A stretch of 64,000 bases of DNA from an uncultured Acidimicrobiia bacterium. GTDB lineage: Bacteria > Actinomycetota > Acidimicrobiia > IMCC26256 > JAENVU01. The stretch spans positions 840,805 through 904,804 of the forward strand of contig CAWCMX010000005.1 in assembly GCA_963796755.1 (NCBI GenBank), in the 5' to 3' direction. The notes beneath the pieces are model-generated. The model was not told the origin of the DNA, did no database searches, and saw nothing but the letters and a program-made list of their open reading frames with translations. Positions 37,704-46,940 of the stretch are shown here, in pieces. Position numbers and translations under genes: made by a program. Numbering within the stretch: the stretch's first letter is position 1; each line of letters begins with the position of its first letter.

Positions 37704-38825
37704 TCATCCAGGGGCGGTGAGGGCGGACTCGAGCTGGGTGAGGCGGGACTCGAGCTCCGGCGCGGTGGCCGCGGTGATGGTGATGTGGCCCACCTTGCGG
37801 TTGGCCCGCGGTGCCTTGCCGTAGCGATGGAGGTGCGCGCCGTCGACCGCGAGCACCGCAACGGGGTCGGGGAGGTCACCGATCAGGTTCACCATGACGC
37901 TCACGCCGCGCGCGTCGGTCGCGCCGAGCGGCCAACCGAGGATCGCGCGGAGGTGGTTCTCGAACTGGCTGGTGACCGCGCCCTCGATGGTCCAGTGGCC
38001 CGAGTTGTGCACGCGGGGAGCCATCTCGTTCGCGAGGAGCGAGCCTCCGACCTGGAACAGCTCGACCGCGAGCACGCCGACGTAGTCGAGCTCCTCGAGC
38101 AGCGAGCGCGCGTATCCCTCGGCAGTGGTCTGCAGCGACGGATCGAGGTTCGGGGCCGGCGCTCGTGACGTCCGGAGGATGCCGTCGTCGTGCCGGTTCT
38201 CGACGAGCGGCCAGCACCGCACCTCGCCGTCGCGGCCGCGCACCGCGAGGATCGAGAGCTCACGCTCGAACGGCACCATCGCCTCGAGGATCAGCGGACG
38301 CGCCTCGGTCAGCTCGGAGAACCCGGCTTCCAGCTCGCTCTCGTTCCGCACGACGACCTGGCCCTTGCCGTCGTAGCCGCCGCGGCGGGTCTTCAACACC
38401 CCGGGAAGGCCGACGGTGTCCACGGCGGCGCGGAGGTCGTCGAAGCTCTCGACGTTCGCGAACTCGGCGACGGGGATGCCGAGCGCCCGGAACGCCGTCT
38501 TCTCGACCAACCGGTCCTGGGAGATCTCGAGCGCGCGCGTCGACGGGTGGACGGTGTGGCCCCGGCCCTCGAGCAGGCGCGCCGCGTCGGCGGGGACGCC
38601 TTCCCACTCGTAGGTGACGACGTCGGCGTGCTCGGCCGTCTTCAGCAGCGAGACGTCGTCGCCGAGCGCACCGACCACCAGCAGACCGACCGACTGCGCG
38701 GGCGCGGCCGAGGACGGATCGAGGAACCGGAACCCGAGGCCGAGCGGGACTCCCGCCAGTCCGAGCATGCGGCCGAGCTGGCCGCCGCCGAGCACGGCGA
38801 CGAGCGGCGGGGTGTACCGGTCCAT
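37704..38825 (-). CDS. purK: 5-(carboxyamino)imidazole ribonucleotide synthase
   Basis: From ATG 38825 in ORF 37704..38909. …VAVLGGGQLGRML…ATP-grasp…LPGVLKTRRGGYDGKGQ…ELFQVGGSLLANEMAPRVHNSGHWT…. Confidence 0.85.
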   Translation of the reverse strand: MDRYTPPLVAVLGGGQLGRMLGLAGVPLGLGFRFLDPSSAAPAQSVGLLVVGALGDDVSLLKTAEHADVVTYEWEGVPADAARLLEGRGHTVHPSTRALEISQDRLVEKTAFRALGIPVAEFANVESFDDLRAAVDTVGLPGVLKTRRGGYDGKGQVVVRNESELEAGFSELTEARPLILEAMVPFERELSILAVRGRDGEVRCWPLVENRHDDGILRTSRAPAPNLDPSLQTTAEGYARSLLEELDYVGVLAVELFQVGGSLLANEMAPRVHNSGHWTIEGAVTSQFENHLRAILGWPLGATDARGVSVMVNLIGDLPDPVAVLAVDGAHLHRYGKAPRANRKVGHITITAATAPELESRLTQLESALTAPG

Positions 38826-38832
38826 CGGTTCC

Positions 38833-39381
38833 TCAGGGGTTGGCGAGCTGGAGCGTGGGATGTGGGTCGTAGCCGTCGAGGTTTGCGACGATGCTGCGCA
38901 GCGTGCCATCCCGGTTCCGCTCGTAGCGAAGCACGGTGTCGTTGTACGTGTTCACGAGCTTGGCCGGGACCTTGGCCGCGTCGAATCCGGCGATGGCCTG
39001 GGTCAACGCCGCATCCGTCTGCAGTCGCGCCGAACCCGCGGCAGTCGCCCGAATCCGCGACGCCAGCCCCTCGAGCTGGTTCGCGGTGCGGGACTGGGCG
39101 CCGTCGTCGGTCGTCCCCACGAGCAGCGACCAGTCGCTCAGCGCGCGCTTGAGCTCCTTGGTCTGGTCGCGGTTGCCGTTGCCGGCCGCGACCAGCGCGA
39201 CCTCGACCCCGTTCAGCGCCGTGTATCGGGCCGCGAGCGGCTGGAGGAGCGGCTCCCACGTGCGCCGAACCTCCTGAGCATCGTCCTGGAGTCCCGGCCG
39301 GACGGTGACCACGAGGATCACGGTTCCGGTCACGATGACCACGACGAGCGCGAGCACGGTCCAGCGGATCCAGCGGCCCAT
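38833..39381 (-). CDS. hypothetical membrane-anchored protein (weakly LemA-like)
   Basis: Intact ORF with an N-terminal TM (WTVLALVVVIVTGTVILVV). The C-terminus …LVNTYNDTVLRYERNRDGTLRSIVANLDGYD is reminiscent of LemA. Confidence 0.55.
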   Translation of the reverse strand: MGRWIRWTVLALVVVIVTGTVILVVTVRPGLQDDAQEVRRTWEPLLQPLAARYTALNGVEVALVAAGNGNRDQTKELKRALSDWSLLVGTTDDGAQSRTANQLEGLASRIRATAAGSARLQTDAALTQAIAGFDAAKVPAKLVNTYNDTVLRYERNRDGTLRSIVANLDGYDPHPTLQLANP

Positions 39382-39502
39382 GACGACGACTCACCCTATC
39401 GAGAGGGGCCGTCGCCGTACGTGACCGGCACTGATGAACACGGGACCGGTGTCGCCCGGTTTGTGCCTGGGTGCTGTCCCACCCGGCGGCTACGGTCGCC
39501 CC

Positions 39503-39991
39503 ATGGTCCGCACCCGGGCCGTGGTCGTGGCGATCCTCGCCGCCGCCTCGCTCGGGGGGTGGTGGCTGGGCCGTACCGATCGCGGCAGCGCATTCCAAAC
39601 TGCATACGTCACCCGCGCCGTCGACGGCGACACGGTTGACGTCCAGATCGGCAACCAGGCCGACATCATCCGCCTGCTCGGGATCGACACACCCGAGACG
39701 CACCATCCGACCAAGCCGGTGCAGTGCTACGGCCCCGAAGCGGCGGCGTACACGAAGGCCCACCTCGAGGGGCGCACCATCCAGCTCGAGAACGACGTCG
39801 AGCTGCGGGACCTCTACGGTCGCCGGCTCGCGTACATCTACGTCGACGGTCATCGCTTCAACGACGTGCTGCTGGAACAGGGGTACGCCCGCCTGCTCGT
39901 CATCCCACCGAACGGCTCGCACGCGCGGACGATGCTCGCCGAGGAGCTCGCGGCCAAGCGCGCGGGCAAGGGCCTGTGGGGCGCGTGCTGA
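39503..39991 (+). CDS. thermonuclease (SNase-like) family protein, membrane-anchored or secreted
   Basis: From ATG 39503 in ORF 39434..39991. After a signal/anchor MVRTRAVVVAILAAASLGGWWLG comes …VTRAVDGDTVDV…IRLLGIDTPE…YGRRLAYIYVDG…NDVLLEQGYA. Confidence 0.8.
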   Translation: MVRTRAVVVAILAAASLGGWWLGRTDRGSAFQTAYVTRAVDGDTVDVQIGNQADIIRLLGIDTPETHHPTKPVQCYGPEAAAYTKAHLEGRTIQLENDVELRDLYGRRLAYIYVDGHRFNDVLLEQGYARLLVIPPNGSHARTMLAEELAAKRAGKGLWGAC

Positions 39992-40037
39992 TTGGGGCTG
40001 GGTACCGTGATCGTGAACCCCAGCGCAGGAGTCCGTG

Positions 40038-40367
40038 ATGGCCGCACCGACCGACGTTCCCCAGATCATCGAGCGCTACTTCCGGCAGGCGGTCAATCCC
40101 GACCGGGAGCAGTACTTCGCGCTCTTCGCCGACGATGCCACCGTCGAGGACGAGGGCGAGGAGCATCACGGGATCGACGCGATCCGGGCCTGGCGCGTGA
40201 GCATCCCGAAGGTCTCCTACACGATCACCGGTCTCGAGCAGATCGAAGGCGCGACGGTGATCGTCGCGGAGGTGTCCGGCGACTTTCCCGGCAGCCCCGT
40301 GTCACTCACGTTCCGGTTCGAGGACTACGACGCCGGCCACATCCGGACGCTCCGGATCCGCGTCTGA
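40038..40367 (+). CDS. SnoaL/NTF2-like protein
   Basis: ORF 40035..40367. ATG 40038 lies 6 nt after AGGAG. …IIERYFRQAVNPDREQYFALFADDATVEDEGEEHHGIDAIRAW…. Confidence 0.7.
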   Translation: MAAPTDVPQIIERYFRQAVNPDREQYFALFADDATVEDEGEEHHGIDAIRAWRVSIPKVSYTITGLEQIEGATVIVAEVSGDFPGSPVSLTFRFEDYDAGHIRTLRIRV

Positions 40368-40407
40368 CCGCTCGTCGCGAGCGCTGCCTGACCGACAGTG
40401 TTGGCCC

Positions 40408-40426
40408 GGCTACGCTCGGCGTAGCC
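40408..40426 (+). terminator. perfect 8-bp GC hairpin downstream of the NTF2-like gene (weak terminator candidate)
   Basis: GGCTACGC-TCG-GCGTAGCC lies 40 nt after the stop at 40367. There is no U tract. Confidence 0.3.
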
Positions 40427-40565
40427 CGATCCGGACCCAGTCGTGGCGCTTGTTCGTCGAGCATCGGAGTCCGGGTGATTGCACGTCTGGTAGCCGCGCT
40501 CCTCGGACCTCCGCTCCGCAGGACCACCCAGGCTCCGCCTGCCGATTTGTCCGTGGACGGCTGAC

Positions 40566-41264
40566 GTGGAGCCGGAAGCGATGCGCCGAATCCTCGACGG
40601 GTTGGAGCGCGATCTCGCGGAGGGACAGGGCACGCCGGCGCGGCTCCTGAACGCCTGCGTCGATGTGGTGGAGGTGACCGGCGCCGGCATCATGCTGATG
40701 GTCGACGACGAGCACCGAGGATCGCTGGGCGGATCGGACGACGCGATCCGCGCCGTGGAAGAGCTCCAGTTCACGCTGGGCGAGGGGCCGTGTGTCGACA
40801 CCTACCGCACGGGTCGTCCCGTGCTTGAGCCACACCTCGCCGCTCCTGACGTGGCGAGGTGGCCCGAGTTCTCGGGGGCGGCAGTGGATGCGGGGATCGA
40901 GGCGATCTTCGGGTTCCCGCTCCTCGTCGGGGTGATTCGCATCGGCGCGCTCGACCTCTACTCGGACCGGCCGGGCGGGCTCCGCCCGAAGCAGTTCACG
41001 GACGCGCTCGTCATGGCCGATGTTGTCGCAAATGCGGTCCTGGACATTCAGGCCGGAGCCGCGATTGGAACGCTCGCGTCGGAGCTCCAGGAGGGCACAA
41101 AGCTGCGGATGGTGGTCCACCAGGCCTCAGGCATGCTCTCGGTGCAACTTGACCTCCCGATCCGCGATGCGCTCAGCCGGCTACGCGCCTACGCCTACGC
41201 TGAGAGCAGGCCGGTCAACGATGTCGCTCGGGAAGTCGTCGACCGACGGCTCCGGATCGAATAG
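40566..41264 (+). CDS. GAF + ANTAR domain RNA-binding regulator
   Basis: Intact ORF (GTG start; ATG 40581 is an alternative). The GAF part reads …VTGAGIMLMVDD…GEGPCVDTYRTGRPV…FGFPLLVGVIRIGALDLY. The ANTAR part reads …LRMVVHQASGMLSVQLDLPIRDALSRLRAYAYAESRPVNDVAREVV. Confidence 0.85.
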   Translation: MEPEAMRRILDGLERDLAEGQGTPARLLNACVDVVEVTGAGIMLMVDDEHRGSLGGSDDAIRAVEELQFTLGEGPCVDTYRTGRPVLEPHLAAPDVARWPEFSGAAVDAGIEAIFGFPLLVGVIRIGALDLYSDRPGGLRPKQFTDALVMADVVANAVLDIQAGAAIGTLASELQEGTKLRMVVHQASGMLSVQLDLPIRDALSRLRAYAYAESRPVNDVAREVVDRRLRIE

Positions 41265-41299
41265 GACCGGCTCGGTGGGACTCAATCGGGAGGTGGCAC

Positions 41300-42028
41300 A
41301 TGCCATCACGTGAGATGCTCCTGGCGCGCACCTTCGTCGAGGCCGCGGACACCTTGGTCGCCGAGTTCGACGTCGTTGACTTCCTGACCACGCTCGCGAC
41401 TCGGTGCGTCGAGCTCTTTGACGCGTCCGAAGCCGGCATCATGCTCGCCGGCCCCGGGGGCGGCCTCCAGGTCGCGGCATCGTCGAGCGTGTCGATGAAC
41501 CACCTCGAGCTGTTCGAGATCCAACACAACGAAGGTCCGTGCGTGGACTGCTACCGGAAGAGTCTCGCCATCAAGTCCGAAGAGCTGCGCAACGATCTCG
41601 AGCGTTGGCCGACCTTCGGGCCCGAGGCATTGCGTGCGGGGTTCCACTCCGCGTACGCCCTCCCGATGCGGCTGCGCGACACCACCATCGGGTCGCTCAA
41701 CTTGTTGCGCATCGAGACCGGTGCGCTTGTGGAGGACGACCTCATCGACGCTCAGGCGCTGGCCGACATCGCGACGATCGGGATACTGCATCACCGCGCC
41801 GCAGACGACTCACAGCTGCTCACCGAACAGCTCCAGTACGCCTTGAACAGCCGTGTTGTGATCGAGCAGGCCAAGGGCGTGCTCGCACAGCAGGGCAATC
41901 TCACGATCGACGACGCATTTGCCGCGCTTCGCCGTTACGCCCGAGACCACAATCGCGCGCCTGATCGACGTCGCGCACGCCGTTGCGGAGCGCACTCTTA
42001 CGGCCGCAGTGGTCGTGAACGTCCTTGA
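41300..42028 (+). CDS. GAF + ANTAR domain RNA-binding regulator (paralogue); C-terminal tail probably frameshifted near 41955
   Basis: GGGAGGTGG lies upstream of ATG 41300. …EAGIMLAGPGGGL…NEGPCVDCYRKS…ALPMRLRDTTIGSLNLL… is followed by the ANTAR part RVVIEQAKGVLAQQGNLTIDDAFAALRRYARDHN. The alternative frame gives the expected RLIDVAHAVAERTL… and would end at 42065. Confidence 0.8.
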   Translation: MPSREMLLARTFVEAADTLVAEFDVVDFLTTLATRCVELFDASEAGIMLAGPGGGLQVAASSSVSMNHLELFEIQHNEGPCVDCYRKSLAIKSEELRNDLERWPTFGPEALRAGFHSAYALPMRLRDTTIGSLNLLRIETGALVEDDLIDAQALADIATIGILHHRAADDSQLLTEQLQYALNSRVVIEQAKGVLAQQGNLTIDDAFAALRRYARDHNRAPDRRRARRCGAHSYGRSGRERP

Positions 42029-42091
42029 CAAACATCGAGTGGACGAACAACCGCAGCATCGTTGAGCGACGTGGGTCGCACGGAACGCGGC

Positions 42092-42484
42092 TCAGCCCGA
42101 GATCGCGCCCGGATCCGCGGGCACGTCCACCGCGTGCTGCTGCAGCACCTCGAGCGGGATGATCTCCAGCGCGCGCTCGTGGGTCGAAGCGAGCACGACC
42201 GGCGCGGCCGCGCCGTCCACGTGAGCTTGCAGCCAGTTCCGAGCGGTGACGCACCACCGGTCGCCGGGGACCAGGCCCGGGAAGTGGTACTGCGGCATCG
42301 GCGTGCTCAGGTCGTTGCCGATCCGGCGCTGGTGCTCGAGGAACTCCGAGCTGACGACCGCGCACACGGTGTGACTGCCGATGTCCTCGGGCCCGGTGTT
42401 GCAGCACCCGTCGCGGAAGAAGCCCGTAACCGGGTCGGTGCCACACGGCTCGAGCTCCCCGCCGAGCACATTCCTCTCGCTCAT
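42092..42484 (-). CDS. DUF2237-type small Cys-rich protein
   Basis: Last 130 aa of ORF 42092..43816, from ATG 42484. MSERNVLGGELEPCGTDPVTGFFRDGCCNTGPEDIGSHTVCAVVSSEFLEHQRRIGNDLSTP…. Confidence 0.75.
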   Translation of the reverse strand: MSERNVLGGELEPCGTDPVTGFFRDGCCNTGPEDIGSHTVCAVVSSEFLEHQRRIGNDLSTPMPQYHFPGLVPGDRWCVTARNWLQAHVDGAAAPVVLASTHERALEIIPLEVLQQHAVDVPADPGAISG

Positions 42485-42632
42485 CGTCCCCGCTCTCGGT
42501 CCTGCGGACCGGGCCGACAACCGGTCCCTTGGCGAACCGCTCCGCTGCTCGTGCGGCCGCCGGCGCGCGGTGTCGTCGCTCCGCTCATGCGCCCAGTATC
42601 CCTCGCGAAGCCGGGCGATGGAGAGGGGAGGC

Positions 42633-43989
42633 TCAGCGCATCGACTCGATGAGGTCCTCGACGATCTCGGGTGGGCACTCGGGGTTGAGGAAGACGGCCC
42701 GGGCGACGGTCTCGCCGTGCCAGGTCGTCGGCACGATGAACGCCCGCTGCTCGAGGAGCAGCTGCTGGGACCATGCGGTGTAGTCGGCCGCGCTCCAGCC
42801 GGGGCGGCGCCAAAGCACGACCGTGAGCTCGGGGTGGCGCACCAGCTCGAGGTGGGGAGCGGCATCGATGCGACGGGCTGCGTCCACGCGATCTCCAGCG
42901 TGCGTTCGACCGCGGTCGTGTAGGCGTCGGTGCCGTGGACCGCGAGCGAGAACCAGAACGGGAGGCCACGCGCCCTTCGGGTCAGGTGGTACGCGTAGTC
43001 CGACGGGTTCCACTCGTCCCGGCGCTCGATCGCGTCGAGGTACGCCGCGTGCTGGGTGTGCGCGAGTCGAGCCAGCTCGGGGTCCCGGTACACGAGCGCG
43101 GCGCAGTCGAACGGCGCGAACAGCCACTTGTGCGGGTCCACGACCAGCGAGTCCGCGTGCTCGATCCCCCGGAACCGTTCGCGCACGCTCGGCGCCGCGA
43201 GCCCGGCGAGCCCGTACGCACCGTCGACGTGGAACCAGAGGTCACGCTCGCGCGCGACGGCCGCGATCCCGTCGAGGTCGTCGATCTGGCCCGTGTTCGT
43301 GGTGCCGCCGGTGCCGACGACCGCGAACACCGAGCTCGGATCGGCGTCCGCGTCGAGCGCGGCCCGCAGGTCCTCGCCGTCGAGGCGGTCGTCGTCGCCG
43401 GTGGGCACGACGAGCGGGACCGCGTCCATGATCCGAATGGTGTTCTCGAGCGACGAGTGCGCCTGATCGCCGAGCGCGACCCGCCACCGCGCCGGCCGGT
43501 CGCCCCCGCGGCGTGAGGCCGCGGTCTCGCGCGCGGCCACGAGGGCCGAGAGGTTGGCCGCCGAGCCGCCCGAGACGAAGCACCCGCCCGCGCCGTCCGG
43601 GAGGCCGGCGAGATCGGACACCCAGCGCAGCGCCTGGTTCTCCGCGAACACCGCGCCACTGCCCTCGAGCCACGATCCGCCGTAGATCGCGGATGCCGAC
43701 ACCACGACGTCGAACAGCTGCGACGCCTTGGTCGGCGCACCGGGGATGAACGCGAGGAACTTCGGACTGTCGTTCGAGACGCACACGGGCGCGAGCACCT
43801 CGGCGAAGAGCGCCATGACGTCCTCGGGGGCCCGGCCCTCCGCGGTGATCGTCCGGCCCGCCCAGCGCGTCGAGCTCGGCGAGCGTCAGTGGCCCGTCGA
43901 GCGGGACGGGGTGCATCCGCAGCCCGCGCGATCGAATAGTCGAAGCACAGCCGCGCGATCTCTTCGGTCCCCGCGTCGTATCGATGCAT
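42633..43989 (-). pseudogene. pyridoxal-phosphate-dependent (group II) amino-acid decarboxylase, three apparent frameshifts (~43925, ~43860, ~42895)
   Basis: The core lies in 42092..43816 (…FIPGAPT…GGSAANLSALVAAR…TGGTTNTGQIDDL…FHVDGAYG…SLVVDPHKWLFAP, with the PLP Lys). The N-terminus MHRYDAGTEEIARLCFDYSI lies in 42982..43989, with PVPLDGPLTLAELDAL in 43242..43916. The C-terminus …HLELVRHPELTVVLWRR…VFLNPECPPEIVEDLIESM lies in 42633..43127. Confidence 0.75.
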
Positions 43990-44093
43990 GCCCCGGAGCG
44001 TAGGCAGGCGCGGACACGAAGTGGGGATGCCCTCGCGATCCTGAGTGGTGCGTACGACGCGCGGGCCGGGGCTCGAGCCGGCGAGGTCGAACG

Positions 44094-44420
44094 TCAGGCG
44101 TCAGAGGCGAGGCGCACGCGCACCTTGTCCACGGCGTGGCCCAGCACGGCCGCAGCTTCGGCGTGGGTGCAGCCGAGGTGGCGAGCCATGTCTTTCATCG
44201 ACTCGCTCTTCCAGAACCGCAGGTCGAGCGCGTCGCGCTCCAATGCGGTCAGTCCGTCGAACGCGTGCACGTTGGCGACGAGCTGCAACGCATCGAGGTC
44301 GACGTCCTCGTCGACGATGAGTCCCTGCCGCAGGAGCTCGGCTTCCGCCGCACCGTCGGCATCCGGGTAGGGCCAGCCTTCGTCGGTGAACAGGGGCGGA
44401 GACATTGATTGCAAGTCCAT
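44094..44420 (-). CDS. small acidic protein with sigma-70 region-4-like HTH
   Basis: Intact ORF with AGGAGGAG upstream of ATG 44420. …GLTALERDALDLRFWKSESMKDMARHLGCTHAEAAAVLGHAVDKVRVRL resembles a region 4.2/LuxR-type HTH. The N-terminal half is Asp/Glu-rich. Confidence 0.6.
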   Translation of the reverse strand: MDLQSMSPPLFTDEGWPYPDADGAAEAELLRQGLIVDEDVDLDALQLVANVHAFDGLTALERDALDLRFWKSESMKDMARHLGCTHAEAAAVLGHAVDKVRVRLASDA

Positions 44421-44486
44421 GGCTGCTCCTCCTGGGAGTAGATCAGCCCGTCCGCCCCTCGATCGTGCCCCCCGATCCGGCGGGCG

Positions 44487-46491
44487 TCAACCGCTGTGGT
44501 GGCCGACCACCTCGAGGAGCGCAGCGCCGTAGCGCTCGAGCTTCACCGGGCCCATGCCGGGCAGGGCCAGCAGCGCGTCGGATGAACGCGGCCGACGGGT
44601 CGCCACGTTTCGCAATGTCTTGTTGTCGAGGATGACGTACGGCGGCACGGCCGCGGCACCGCGCGAGCTCCCGGCGCCAGGTCACCAACGCGTCGTAGAG
44701 CGGGCGGTCCGACATGGGGATCTCGCCCTGCTCCAACGCCGCGAGCCGCTGGCGTGCGCCGGCCGGCCCCCGGGCTCGATCCGCCGCGGTCTCGACGACG
44801 GCGGGGGAGTCGTCGATCACGCGCGCGATCTCATTGAGGTACGGGCTCTTGGTCCGCGACGGACACACGCGCGCCCCCGCGCCCGCTCCTTCGCCCACGA
44901 CAGGTGCAGATGGCGCTCGGCCCGGCTGAGCGCGACGTAGAGCAGCCGCCGCTCTTCGTCGATCGCGTCGGGCTTGCCGGTCGCATGCGAGATCGGCACC
45001 AATCCGCGCTCGAGCCCGGTCACGAACACGGTGTCCCATTCGAGCCCCTTGGCGCGGTGGAACGTCAGCAGGTCCACGGCATCGTCGTGCAGCCCACCGT
45101 CGTCGCCACCGCGCAGCGACACGCGCGAGGTAGTCCAGGAAGCCCTTCACCGATCCGGTGCTGCCCTCGGCGGCCAGGTACTCCCGGCCGAGCGCCGCCA
45201 CCGCGTCGACATGCTCGCGCCGATCCTCGGAGAGGTCGTTCGCGTCGGTGGCGAGGTCGGTCAGGTGCTCCGCGAACGTGCGTCCCGGCGCGGTCTTCGC
45301 GCCCTTGCGGAGCGCTTCGATGACCACCTTGACCTCGGGGCGGTCGAGGAACGCCGACGCCCCGCGCACCCGGTAGGGGACGCCGGCTCGGTTGAGCGCT
45401 TCCTCGAACGGCGCCGACTGCGCGTTCACCCGATAGAGGACCGCCATCGACGACCACGGCCGCATCGAGTCGTGGGCCCGGTACAGCGCCTCGGCCACTC
45501 CGTGCGCCTCCTCGGCATCGGTGGCGTAGGCGGTGATCGTCGGCGGCGGCCCCTCCACACCGGCGGCCCGCACCGTCGCCCGCTCCAGCTCCGGCAGCAC
45601 CGCCCGGGCCGCGGTGACGATCTCGGGTGTGGAGCGGTAGTTCGCGCCGAGACGGACGACGGTGGCCCCTTCGAACCAGTCGCCGAAGCGGGCCAGCAGT
45701 CCGGCGTCGGCCCCCGCGAACGCGTAGATGGCCTGATCGGGATCGCCGACGACGCAGAGATCGGTTCCCGCGCCGAGCCACGCGCGCAGGAGCCCGAGCT
45801 GTGCGCGGGTCACGTCCTGGAACTCGTCGACGAAGAGATGCCGGAACCGCCAGCGCTGGGTCGCCGCGAAGGCAGGGTCGGTCTCGAGGGCGTCGGTGCA
45901 CGCGGCGATGAGGTCGTCGAAGTCGAGGAGGCCCTTCTTCTTCTTCTCGCGCTCGTACGCGGTGTAGATGGTGGCGATCTCGGCGGGGGACCGGGGCGTG
46001 GCGCGCTCGGCCCGATGCACCTGCGCGGCGTAGCTGTCCGGCCGGATCCGGCGGGCCTTGGCCCACTCGATCTCGGCCGCGATCTCGTTGATCGCAACCG
46101 CGAGCTCGGCGCCCCGGGCCTTCCCGAGCAGCGGGCCGAGCAGCCGGGCCTTGCGGTCGAGCAGCGCGGGCATCGCGGTCCCCGCATCCGCGTGGCGGCG
46201 CCGGAGCTGCGCGAGCGCCACGGCGTGGAAGGTGCCGGCGGTGACCGCGCCCCGGACGCCGAGCCGGGAGAGCCGGCCGCGCAGCTCACCCGCGGCCTTG
46301 CGCGTGAACGTGACCGCGAGGACGTGGTTCGGGTCCAGGTTCCCGGCCGCGGCCTGCCACGCGATCCGGCGGGTCAGCGCGCGCGTCTTGCCGGAGCCCG
46401 CAGGCGCCAGGATCGCGAGCGGCACGACGGGCTCGGTCACCGCGGCGCGTTGGGTCGGATCGAGGTCCAGGAGGAGCTCTTCGGCGCGCAC
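44487..46491 (-). pseudogene. UvrD/Rep-type DNA helicase with C-terminal HRDC-like domain (UvrD2-like), three apparent frameshifts (~45125, ~44875, ~44655)
   Basis: Motifs in 44443..46491 are LAPAGSGKTRAL, VTFTRKAAGEL, LFVDEFQD and NYRSTPEI. The piece 44817..45122 gives LLTFHRAKGLEWDTVFV…LLYVALSRAE. Hand translation of the last piece gives VPPYVILDNKTLRNVATRRPRSSDALLALPGMGPVKLERYGAALLEVV, stopping at 44487. Confidence 0.8.
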
Positions 46492-46940
46492 GTCGTCAAC
46501 CTACCGGTGGGTTGGGACAGGGGGCTCGGGGCCGGTGCGAGCGGCGGTTGGCGCCGCGGTGCGAGTGCCGCGAACCGGGCCCGGACGCGAGCGAGCCCCG
46601 AGTAGTCTCGGCGCCGGAGCGCTCCAACTTCTCGGGGCGTCGCCCTGCACACACCGTCGGCGCCGGGTTCAACACCGCTTCGCCAGCGCCAGGGCCGAAA
46701 CCCTTTCGCCGCTACCGCAGCTCCACCGTCGCCCACCGGCTCGATCGCCTGACCCGAGGGCCCGACCACCGCTCCGGATTCGGGAGTGATGCACCGGCCT
46801 TCCCGGGACTCGTCTTCCGGGGGCCCTCCGCTCCGGCCGCCCTTGCGGGCCACCCTCGCTTCCGACACCCGGTACCGAACCTCGTTCCGACCGGACCTGC
46901 ATGCTACGGAGAGGGGCTCGAACCGTCAAGGGAGTTTCTT

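Noticed and set aside
46876-46888. CGAAC-CTC-GTTCC, a possible second LexA box near the helicase gene.
   Set aside because: The spacer is 3 nt rather than 4 and the flanks do not match TCGAAC/GTTCGA. It is not a credible SOS box.
46905-46925. tRNA-like T-arm strings. GGTTCGAGCCCC occurs on the minus strand here. Similar GGTTCGAG strings occur near 32570 and 31295.
   Set aside because: The flanking bases do not form a T stem, acceptor stem or anticodon arm, so there is no cloverleaf.
46492-46940. Possible RNase P RNA, tmRNA, SRP RNA or riboswitch in the long spacer.
   Set aside because: The universal cores are absent on both strands: GGAAAGUCCGG / ACAGAA-CCGGCUUA of RNase P, the GGGGCUGA 5' end and tag ORF of tmRNA, and the SRP GGAAG/AGCAG helix 8 motif. 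Only short chance similarities occur (CGTCCGGGC, GAACCCGGCG). I keep it as an unassigned region in the findings.
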